DNA of 27,468 bases, taken from Gammaproteobacteria bacterium (GTDB lineage: Bacteria > Pseudomonadota > Gammaproteobacteria > Eutrophobiales > Eutrophobiaceae). The notes under the pieces are model-generated. The model searched no databases. It saw nothing but the letters and a program-made list of their open reading frames with translations, and was not told the origin of the DNA. Numbering within the stretch: position 1 is the stretch's first letter; each line of letters begins with the position of its first letter. The stretch spans positions 1-27,468 of the forward strand of contig SMWN01000012.1 of assembly GCA_004356415.1 (NCBI GenBank). The letters are read 5' to 3'. Made by a program: the position numbers and the translations under genes. Below, in pieces: positions 18,998 through 26,688 of this stretch.

Positions 18998-19312
18998 ATG
19001 AGCAGAACAAGGAGATACAAACGGTATAGCCATGAGTTCAAGCGAGAAGCATTAAAACGTGCTGGTGAAGAAGGCACAACTGATAAACAAGTGAGCGCAG
19101 AACTCGGAATTAGTCGTCGTCAGCTAAGGCGATGGCGGGATGAATTCAGATTATCAGGTAATGATGCCTTTCCTGGTCAAGGCCGCAGTCGTGATGAAGA
19201 AATGACCCAACTGAAACGTGAGCTGGCCAAAGTTAAACAGGAACGGGATTTTTCACCCAGAGGGCACCTTGTAACACATGCGGTGGTGTACTTCGCCAAG
19301 GAGTCGGAATGA
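18998..19312 (+). CDS. IS3-family transposase OrfA (HTH)
   Basis: RYSHEFKREA...ELGIS...LRRW HTH, a coiled coil, and a YFAKES end. AGGAGG RBS. ATGA overlap with orfB. Confidence 0.9.
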   Translation: MSRTRRYKRYSHEFKREALKRAGEEGTTDKQVSAELGISRRQLRRWRDEFRLSGNDAFPGQGRSRDEEMTQLKRELAKVKQERDFSPRGHLVTHAVVYFAKESE

Positions 19313-20034
19313 GATACGAATGTATCGACCGACACCGCAAACAGTATCCAGTCCGAGTGATGTGTGGAGCACTTAAAGTCTCTAGAAGCGGATACTATGC
19401 TTGGCGCACAAGACCTGAGAGTGACAGGGGTAATACTGACCGTGCGCTGACCCAAGTGATACGTGGAATACATCGCGACAACAGAGGGGTCTATGGTGCG
19501 CCAAAAATACGAGTAGCACTTAAGGCGCAAGGCTACCGCCATGGACGACATAAAGTTGCATGCTTGATGCGATTAGCCGGCCTAAAAGGTTGTCCACAGC
19601 GACGCTTTAAGGTCACAACACAATCCGATCCAAGCCACCCTGTGGCGAAAAACCTGCTTCAACAGAACTTTACAGCGAAGGCCCCGAACCGTCAGTGGGC
19701 ATCTGATATTACCTATATAGATACACAACAGGGATGGCTTTATCTGGCGGTCGTGATGGATCTATATTCCCGTCGTATTGTTGGCTGGTCAATGGATCGA
19801 TGTATGAGTCGGTATCTGGTTATTGATGCGCACACGATGGCATTAGATTCTCGTATGCCAGAGAGGCAGTTGATTCATCATTCTGATCGAGGCGAACAAT
19901 ATACGAGTGATGACTTTCGCAACCAGCTCGTCAAGCATGGCATTGAATGCTTCTATAATCGTCAACGTATTCATGGTTATATAGGAAATATCAGTCCGGT
20001 AGATTTTGAGAGACAGATAACCGGACTTAACTAG
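19309..20034 (+). pseudogene. IS3-family transposase OrfB (rve/DDE), catalytic Glu segment deleted
   Basis: VSRSGYYAW, YGAPKI, WASDITY (D1) and HHSDRGEQY (D2) are present. HGIEC joins directly to FYNRQRIHG with no SMS...DNA..ESFF segment. Confidence 0.88.
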
Positions 20035-20086
20035 TGGTCCACTTTTTCGGGGCAAAACCAGTTCTATGAACGCTGAAAGGGGACTA

Positions 20087-21451
20087 CTACAATTGACTGA
20101 TTGCATCTGATAGACGGCTGACTGTAATGACTTCCATGCCTTCGATATTGTGTTTAGGTTGATTGGACTTGGGGATAATGGCTTTTTTGAACCCATGTTT
20201 CACGGCTTCATTGAGTCTCTCCAGACCATTCTGAACGGGTCTTATTTCACCCGCAAGACCTACTTCACCAAATACAATTAAATCCTGCGGCATAGGGCTG
20301 TTTTTCAAACTGGATGTGGCCGCCAACAAGATGGCCAGATCGGCCGCTGTTTCAGTAATTCTAATGCCGCCAACCACATTAATAAAAACATCCTGATCAG
20401 AAGTGCTGATACCTGCATGTCGATGTAACACCGCCAACAACATTGACAGACGGTTTTGTTCTAATCCAAGACTGACGCGTCTCGGATTGCCAAGATGGGA
20501 TGTGTCGACCAGAGCCTGTACTTCAACAAGCAGTGGTCTCGTCCCCTCTTTTGTCACCATGATGACGCTACCTGAGACCGGTTTTTCGTGCCTGGATAGA
20601 AATATTGCGGAAGGGTTGCTGACTTCTTTTAATCCTTTATCCGTCATGGCAAATACGCCAAGTTCATTGACTGCACCATAACGATTTTTAATAGATCGAA
20701 TCACACGGTAACGACTGCCACTGTCACCTTCAAAATAAAGTACCGTATCGACCATATGTTCCAGAATACGTGGTCCTGCTAATGCCCCGTCTTTTGTCAC
20801 GTGACCCGACAGCAACACAGTCGTGTTCGTTTGTTTTGCATAACGCACCAATTGCGCTGCTGACTCCCTGACCTGCGCCACTGAACCAGGAGCAGACTGT
20901 AGCATCTCTGTGTAGACAGTCTGGATGGAGTCTATCACCATGACTTCAGGGCGCTCAGAACTGGCGACTGATAAAATTCTTTCCAGATTGGTTTCTGTCA
21001 GTAACCTGATTTTATCCAGGGCAAGATCCAGACGTCTACCACGAAGACTGATTTGCTGTGCTGATTCTTCACCGGAAACATAAAGTGTTTTCACACCTTC
21101 TTGTCCAAGGTCAGAAAGCATCTGGATCAATAATGTTGATTTACCGATTCCAGGATCACCACCGATTAATGTGACTGACCCGGTTGCCAAGCCACCCCCC
21201 ACTGCTCGATCAAGCTCAGCCATCCCGGTAGTTAATCTGGAAGATTGCTCCGCATCGACAGTATCCAGAAAAGATACCTCTGCAGGGGCTGCTATATGGT
21301 CTCGGATTCGAAATGATTTAACATTCGATGTTGCTTCGACAACTACCTCTATCAGTGTATTCCATGCATGACATTCGTTACATTGCCCCGCCCATTTAGG
21401 CAGGGTGGCACCGCATTCATCGCATTGATATTGGACTTTAGGCTTCGCCAT
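20087..21451 (-). CDS. radA: DNA repair protein RadA/Sms
   Basis: CDECG...CNEC zinc finger, GGDPGIGKST, YVSGEES, GPRILEHMVD, KNRYG, Lon-like GEVGLAGEIR. Start at ATG 21451 (ORF track starts at 21457). Confidence 0.98.
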   Translation of the reverse strand: MAKPKVQYQCDECGATLPKWAGQCNECHAWNTLIEVVVEATSNVKSFRIRDHIAAPAEVSFLDTVDAEQSSRLTTGMAELDRAVGGGLATGSVTLIGGDPGIGKSTLLIQMLSDLGQEGVKTLYVSGEESAQQISLRGRRLDLALDKIRLLTETNLERILSVASSERPEVMVIDSIQTVYTEMLQSAPGSVAQVRESAAQLVRYAKQTNTTVLLSGHVTKDGALAGPRILEHMVDTVLYFEGDSGSRYRVIRSIKNRYGAVNELGVFAMTDKGLKEVSNPSAIFLSRHEKPVSGSVIMVTKEGTRPLLVEVQALVDTSHLGNPRRVSLGLEQNRLSMLLAVLHRHAGISTSDQDVFINVVGGIRITETAADLAILLAATSSLKNSPMPQDLIVFGEVGLAGEIRPVQNGLERLNEAVKHGFKKAIIPKSNQPKHNIEGMEVITVSRLSDAISQL

Positions 21452-22517
21452 ATTCAAACTCTAATCGTTTATGAACGGCACAAAGCATTTCATAGGGAAT
21501 GGTCCCTGCATGTTTGGCAATTTCCTCAACAGGTAATCCCTCTCCCCACAGAACAACCGGATCACCTGTTTTAGCTTGTGGCTGGGAACGCAAATCAACA
21601 GTTAACATATCCATTGATGCACGGCCAATGAGTTCAACCCTTTTTCCATTCACGAGGACAGGTGTGCCTGATTCAGCATGGCGTGGATAACCGTCACCGT
21701 ACCCAGCTGCGACTACGCCCACAGACATGTCTTCCGGACAACGCCACGTCGCCCCATACCCTACTGGCTCTCCTGTCTTCAATGCTTTAACCGTGATTAA
21801 TCTTGATTTAAGTGTCATCACTGGTTTTAATCCTTCTTGTGGACCATTGCTGTTAGCAAATGGGGAGACACCATAAAGCATGATCCCTGGCCGCACCCAA
21901 TCAACGTGGGCATCCGGGAAGGCGAGGATAGCGGCAGAATTTGCAATGGTCTTTTCAAGCGACATATTTTTATTGAACTGACTGAAACAGTTGATCTGTT
22001 CACTTGTCATCGGGTCTTCACGATTATTGGCACTGGCGAGGTGTGTCATCAAACGGATCTCCTTTACACAGGGAAATTGTTCCAGCCTTGCAAGCACGTC
22101 GCTAGCTAGGTCCGGTGAAAATCCAAGACGATGCATGCCTGTATCCAACTTCAACCATATGCAAACGGGTTTGATTAGCTGGTTTTGATCAAGCATTTCA
22201 ACTTGTGAAAGGTCATGCACGACCATGTCTATTCCTAATTGGCTGATCTCTGACAACTCATCTCCAGAATAGGGACCTTCAAGAAGGATGATGCGTTGTT
22301 GAATCTCTGCTTGGCGTAATTCTCTGGCTTCTTCCAGGCAGGCGACGCCAAAGGCATCTGCATGCTCAAGACATTGCGCAATACGAACCAGGCCATGCCC
22401 ATACGCATCCGCCTTGACGATGGCCATGACTCGAGAATTAGGTGCTAATGTGCGGATACGACTGAAATTATGACGAAGTGCGGGAAGATTAATGACAACC
22501 TTTGCAGGTCGGCTCAT
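21438..22517 (-). CDS. alr: Alanine racemase
   Basis: AIVKADAYGHG (PLP Lys), KLDTGMHRLG, VRPGIMLYG, GYGDGYPR, SMDM, TIPYE. Confidence 0.98.
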   Translation of the reverse strand: MSRPAKVVINLPALRHNFSRIRTLAPNSRVMAIVKADAYGHGLVRIAQCLEHADAFGVACLEEARELRQAEIQQRIILLEGPYSGDELSEISQLGIDMVVHDLSQVEMLDQNQLIKPVCIWLKLDTGMHRLGFSPDLASDVLARLEQFPCVKEIRLMTHLASANNREDPMTSEQINCFSQFNKNMSLEKTIANSAAILAFPDAHVDWVRPGIMLYGVSPFANSNGPQEGLKPVMTLKSRLITVKALKTGEPVGYGATWRCPEDMSVGVVAAGYGDGYPRHAESGTPVLVNGKRVELIGRASMDMLTVDLRSQPQAKTGDPVVLWGEGLPVEEIAKHAGTIPYEMLCAVHKRLEFEYGEA

Positions 22518-23953
22518 TCATATCCTCCGTGATCAAATCCTCCACCAGCGAAGTCTCCACCTGGTATAGGGAAATTACTGTCCGGAATATAATTTTCGAA
22601 TTTGGTGTACTGTCCCAAAAACGTCAGTAAAAAATCGCCAATGGGTCCATTACGTTGCTTGGCGATGATGATCTCGGCTTTGCCTTTGTCCACAGTGTCT
22701 TTGTCGTAAACTTCTTCCCGATAGATAAACACAATCAAATCAGCATCCTGTTCTATCGCACCACTCTCACGAAGATCGGACATCACCGGACGTTTGTTTG
22801 TCCGTTGTTCAAGACTTCTGTTGAGTTGTGATATGGCAATGACAGGCACATTCAATTCTTTTGCCATGGCTTTGAGTGAACGGGAGATCTCGGATATCTC
22901 TGTCGCGCGGTTTTCACTGTTGCCCGCAACTTGCATCAACTGTAGATAATCGACAATGACCAAATCAAGACCACCACGTTCTCTGTATATTCGACGGCAG
23001 CGTGCCCTGATTTCAGACGGTGTCAAAGCAGGTGTATCGTCAACAAACAGACGCGCATCTTTCAGAATCTCAACGGCAGATGTTAGCCTGGGCCAGTCTT
23101 CATCCTTAAGTTTGCCGGTGCGAATCTTTTGTTGATTTATCCTTCCCAATGAAGACATCATACGCATTGCCAGGGAACTTCCCGGCATTTCCATACTGAA
23201 TATGATAACTGCAAGTTTATCCTTGATCACAGCATGCTCAGCAATATTGATTGCCAGGGCTGTTTTACCCATGGAGGGTCTGCCCGCGATGATGATCAGA
23301 TCAGAGGGCTGCAAACCGGCTGTTAAATCATCAAATTTATCAAAACCTGTGGCAACACCTGTGATATGACTATCTCGGCGGAAGAGTTCATCAATCTTGT
23401 CCAGTGCATTGACCAGCAGATCCTTGATGGTATCGTAAGTTCTACGGCCCTTTGATTCTCTTTCAGCGATCTCAAATACTACTTGCTCAGCTTGATCCAG
23501 AATCTGTTCATTGCTAAGTCCCTGGGGATTGAAGACATTTTCACTAATCTTATTGGTTGCTTGAACAAGCTGTCTGAGAACGGAACGTTTTCTGACAATA
23601 TCGGCATAGGCTTTAATGTTACTGACGCCGGGGGTTTTTTCTGCGAGTGCAGCGAGGTATGTTAACCCCCCAGCATCATCGAGCTGCTGATGATTTTCTA
23701 ACCATTCTGCAATCGTCACGACATCATAGGGTTGACCGTCATCATCAAGAGTTGTCATAGCTCGAAAAATGACACGATGATCCCTGCGATAAAAATCATC
23801 TTCCGAGACTCTTTCAGTGACATGTTCCCACACATCATTATTCAGCAGAACACCACCCAATACTGCCATTTCAGCCTCAATAGAATGCGGCGGGATCTTT
23901 AACGAAGCTGTTTCTGTATCAACAGTTTCAGCTGTATATGAGGTATCCTGCAT
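22514..23953 (-). CDS. dnaB: Replicative DNA helicase (no intein)
   Basis: PPHSIEAE, GRPSMGKT, FSMEM, VDYLQL, SQLNR, SDLRESGAIEQDAD, AKQRNGP. Confidence 0.99.
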   Translation of the reverse strand: MQDTSYTAETVDTETASLKIPPHSIEAEMAVLGGVLLNNDVWEHVTERVSEDDFYRRDHRVIFRAMTTLDDDGQPYDVVTIAEWLENHQQLDDAGGLTYLAALAEKTPGVSNIKAYADIVRKRSVLRQLVQATNKISENVFNPQGLSNEQILDQAEQVVFEIAERESKGRRTYDTIKDLLVNALDKIDELFRRDSHITGVATGFDKFDDLTAGLQPSDLIIIAGRPSMGKTALAINIAEHAVIKDKLAVIIFSMEMPGSSLAMRMMSSLGRINQQKIRTGKLKDEDWPRLTSAVEILKDARLFVDDTPALTPSEIRARCRRIYRERGGLDLVIVDYLQLMQVAGNSENRATEISEISRSLKAMAKELNVPVIAISQLNRSLEQRTNKRPVMSDLRESGAIEQDADLIVFIYREEVYDKDTVDKGKAEIIIAKQRNGPIGDFLLTFLGQYTKFENYIPDSNFPIPGGDFAGGGFDHGGYE

Positions 23954-24074
23954 TCACTCCTCCTGAAGGAGTTTGTGATTGATAATCATGCCAGTATTCC
24001 TGCCCGGAACCCCGCTCAAGGATTATTCAATGAATATTCCAGGACTCTTGGTAGGGAACACTGACGTGTATTCA

Positions 24075-24524
24075 CTATTCTTCAGCGACGACCGTCACTT
24101 TTATCCTGGCACCAACATCAGCATGCAAGTGCGTCACAACTTCAAATTCACCCAATGCCCTGAGTGGGCCTTCTGGTAGTCGCACTTCATTTTTAGTCAA
24201 TTCAACACCTGCTGCTACGACAGCTTCTGCAATATCAGCAGCACTGACAGAACCGAATAGCTTCCCTTCTTCACCTGCCTTTCTTGCCAGCGTAACTTCT
24301 ACTACATTCATTTTTTCTGCGCGTGCCGTTGCCGTACCCAATGCGTCAGCCTGCGCCTTTTCCAACTCGGCACGACGCAACTCGAATTTCTCGACGTTCT
24401 CTGGTGTGGCAGTGACTGCTTTACCGATCGGGATTAAATAATTTCGACCATAACCAGCCTTTACCCTGACTTGATCACCCAGATCACCCAGTTTATTAAT
24501 CTTTTCTAGTAGTATAACTTCCAT
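24075..24524 (-). CDS. rplI: 50S ribosomal protein L9
   Basis: LGDLGD...[19 protein letters not shown]. 149 aa. Confidence 0.99.
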   Translation of the reverse strand: MEVILLEKINKLGDLGDQVRVKAGYGRNYLIPIGKAVTATPENVEKFELRRAELEKAQADALGTATARAEKMNVVEVTLARKAGEEGKLFGSVSAADIAEAVVAAGVELTKNEVRLPEGPLRALGEFEVVTHLHADVGARIKVTVVAEE

Positions 24525-24596
24525 CTAACTAACCTCTCTTTCCAAGACACACCATAGCATAATTCTATAGCACAATTCATCGCCTATTCACGCCCG

Positions 24597-25496
24597 TCAT
24601 CCCTCTTTATTCCTATTGATCATCCATGAATCCACCAAACCCAGACAGGCAACCAGCAGGACTGCCTGTGGCACAAGAAGCAGCAAAACATACATCATGA
24701 TTAACCAACCACGGGGCATACTTTTCGCAGCCACGATCCTGTGTACTGATGCGAGTCCCTGAAATAAATACAGCACAATAACAACCACCAGTATGTCCAG
24801 GCCGGCCGAGCCCGGCTGCCCACTACCGGTATATAGCAACCCTATGCCCATCAAAGTCAGGAATATAACAACATTTGGTAGTCTCAGGGCGTAAAATTCT
24901 GTTCTAAAGCCACCCGGATTAAACAGCGCTGATTGCCACCAGCGGGATAAAAATGTGGCGACGACCAGGCTAATTGTCATACCACTCGCCATCATGGCAT
25001 TCATTGCTGGTGCCGCCCGCTCCAGAACCTCCTGGTACTGCTCACCACCACCCTCAGGAAAAGCATTTTTAATCCAGATTTCCATCCATTGCAGCCACCA
25101 GGCGGGGACATCATCTATCAACCAATGCACCATCAGAACATAAGCTGCTGCAATCACACCCGCCGCAAAAACCAGCCAACCCTGTGACTGTGTTATTCTC
25201 AGGACACTGCAACAAATAGCTACGGGGACCCAAATGCCGAGTGCAAATGCCAATGCAACTTGCGGATTGGCACCTGCTAAAGCGACAAAAAGTACCACCG
25301 CCAATAAACAAACAAGCAGCACCTGCATTCCATATGCGGGCCCTTTCCTTAATATAATTAAGCCTGCCGGGACACCACTTAGTAAGTATGAAAGTGCCGG
25401 AAGTGACATTGCAATCGCTGTGAACAGACTGATTACCGTCACTGCTTGCAAGCGTCCAATCAGCATAAAACCACCAAGAGCACGCATGATTTTCAA
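24597..25496 (-). CDS. DUF2232/YybS-like integral membrane protein
   Basis: 299 aa polytopic protein with RWWQSALFNPGGFRTEF and YLFQGLA. Conserved position between rpsR and rplI. Start may be MRAL at 25487. Confidence 0.85.
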   Translation of the reverse strand: MKIMRALGGFMLIGRLQAVTVISLFTAIAMSLPALSYLLSGVPAGLIILRKGPAYGMQVLLVCLLAVVLFVALAGANPQVALAFALGIWVPVAICCSVLRITQSQGWLVFAAGVIAAAYVLMVHWLIDDVPAWWLQWMEIWIKNAFPEGGGEQYQEVLERAAPAMNAMMASGMTISLVVATFLSRWWQSALFNPGGFRTEFYALRLPNVVIFLTLMGIGLLYTGSGQPGSAGLDILVVVIVLYLFQGLASVHRIVAAKSMPRGWLIMMYVLLLLVPQAVLLVACLGLVDSWMINRNKEG

Positions 25497-25573
25497 CTAA
25501 CCTGAGATGTATCTGAGGAAAGGTTCATCAGACACCAAACTCATTGATTCTGGGCTTATCGGTTTAAGTGCTT

Positions 25574-25798
25574 CTAGTGTGAATCGCAATAAGGCATCAA
25601 CGCTAGAAAACGCGCACGCTTGATTGCAGTAACCAATTGTCTCTGGTAGCGCGCTTTGGTACCGGAAATTCTACTCGGAACGATCTTGCCTGTTTCGGTC
25701 AGATAATTCTTCAATGTATTCACGTCCTTATAATCAATTTCCTTGACACCTTCGGCTGTGAATTTGCAAAAACGCTTACGACGAAAATAACGTGACAT
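25574..25798 (-). CDS. rpsR: 30S ribosomal protein S18
   Basis: [33 protein letters not shown]. Confidence 0.99.
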   Translation of the reverse strand: MSRYFRRKRFCKFTAEGVKEIDYKDVNTLKNYLTETGKIVPSRISGTKARYQRQLVTAIKRARFLALMPYCDSH

Positions 25799-25802
25799 TT
25801 TA

Positions 25803-26417
25803 TCAATCCTCCGTTTTTTCAGTAGTTTCTTCGGCAGCGTCCTCTGTTACAGATTCAGCGACTTCAGTGATATCTTCGGAAGCGTCCTCTGTCACCGATT
25901 CAGCGACTTCAGTTACTTCTTCGCTTGCTGCACCAACAACGGGTGCTTCTGCACTTGGGTTCTCTGCTTCTGCCCCGGTTTTTTCTTTCGCCTCAGCCTC
26001 AGTTTTTTCTTCCGCTTCAGACTTGGCTCTTTTTTCTGCCACAACCCTGGCTTTTCCTTCTGCCTCATCTCTCAGTTTCGCAGCAGCCTCTTCTTCTTCT
26101 TTCATTTTCGCCAGTAACGAAGTCTCCGTAACCGCACCATCACGTTTAATTATAAGGTTACGAATAACTGCATCGTTAAATCTGAAGGCACTGTCCAGTT
26201 CTTTCAATGGTTCGGCGCCACATTCGATATTCATCAACACGTAATGTGCCTTGTGAATCTTGTTGATTGGATAGGTTAACTGACGACGACCCCAGTCTTC
26301 AAGACGGTGGATAGCACCACCACTTGATTCGATCATATTACGGTACCGCTCAATCATTGCAGGTACCTGTTCACTTTGATCCGGATGGACCATGAACACA
26401 ACTTCATAATGTCGCAT
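25803..26417 (-). CDS. rpsF: 30S ribosomal protein S6 with ~100-aa acidic extension
   Basis: [39 protein letters not shown]. Start at 26417; 204 aa. Confidence 0.98.
   Translation of the reverse strand: MRHYEVVFMVHPDQSEQVPAMIERYRNMIESSGGAIHRLEDWGRRQLTYPINKIHKAHYVLMNIECGAEPLKELDSAFRFNDAVIRNLIIKRDGAVTETSLLAKMKEEEEAAAKLRDEAEGKARVVAEKRAKSEAEEKTEAEAKEKTGAEAENPSAEAPVVGAASEEVTEVAESVTEDASEDITEVAESVTEDAAEETTEKTED
25829..25913. repeat. 45-bp-period tandem duplication in the rpsF tail
   Basis: 25829-25868 vs 25874-25913 match at 37/40 positions and encode [11 protein letters not shown] twice. Confidence 0.92.
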
Positions 26418-26482
26418 TAAGATAATCCTCTTGGTTTTTAGCAGCCCCCTGACTATTTCACAATGGAGCAAGAATTAAAGAA
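26418..26482 (-). promoter_or_regulatory. S6:S18-type autoregulatory leader
   Basis: Minus strand UUCUUG-CUCC...GGGGGC...ACC-AAGAGGA. UCUUG/CAAGA pairing abuts the SD, with an inner GCUCC/GGGGGC stem and a CC bulge. Resembles the gammaproteobacterial rpsF leader as I recall it. Confidence 0.65.
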
Positions 26483-26488
26483 CGCGGG

Positions 26489-26517
26489 ATTCTAGTGGAT
26501 TTGATCAGAATATTCAA
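26489..26517 (-). promoter_or_regulatory. sigma70 promoter of the rpsF operon with GC-rich discriminator
   Basis: TTGAAT-17 nt-TAGAAT followed by CCCGCG. Confidence 0.75.
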
Positions 26518-26543
26518 ATAATGAAAAATACCTTATTGAATTT

Positions 26544-26685
26544 AGAGTGCCCCTACTAATTCGATTTTTTTCGTGGGTGTAAGGAAGCGCCGCGCGCAAG
26601 ACCGCAGTGTATATGCCATACATGAGGATCTGAGCACAGAACTGACGCTGCAATCGCGTAAAAAAGCAGTTAGTAGAGGTGCTCT
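26544..26685. mobile_element. MITE-like palindromic element 2 (~140-142 bp)
   Basis: TIRs AGAGTGCCCCTACTAA / TTAGTAGAGGTGCTCT (13/16 Watson-Crick plus 2 G-U). Inner T-run/A-run pairing and a central hairpin TGTAT-ATGCC-ATACA. Confidence 0.8.
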
Positions 26686-26688
26686 TGA

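Larger units (their letters stand above)
18934..20060 (+). mobile_element. IS3-family insertion sequence, internally deleted
   Basis: IRL TAGTCTTGCCCCGTTTTAGTGGAC; IRR (reverse complement) TGGTTTTGCCCCGAAAAAGTGGAC. Overlapping orfA/orfB, 1127 bp, no flanking target duplication. Confidence 0.93.

Noticed and set aside
22700-22800. Intein in DnaB
   Set aside because: RESGAIEQDAD and the P-loop are uninterrupted and the length is normal.
24554-24578. ATAGCA(T/C)AATTC direct repeat upstream of rplI as an operator
   Set aside because: Only two units, more simply a small duplication overlapping -10-like hexamers; counted only in the tandem-duplication tally.
25792-26244. 150-aa Ser-rich ORF on the + strand
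   Set aside because: Antisense mirror of the low-complexity S6 tail.
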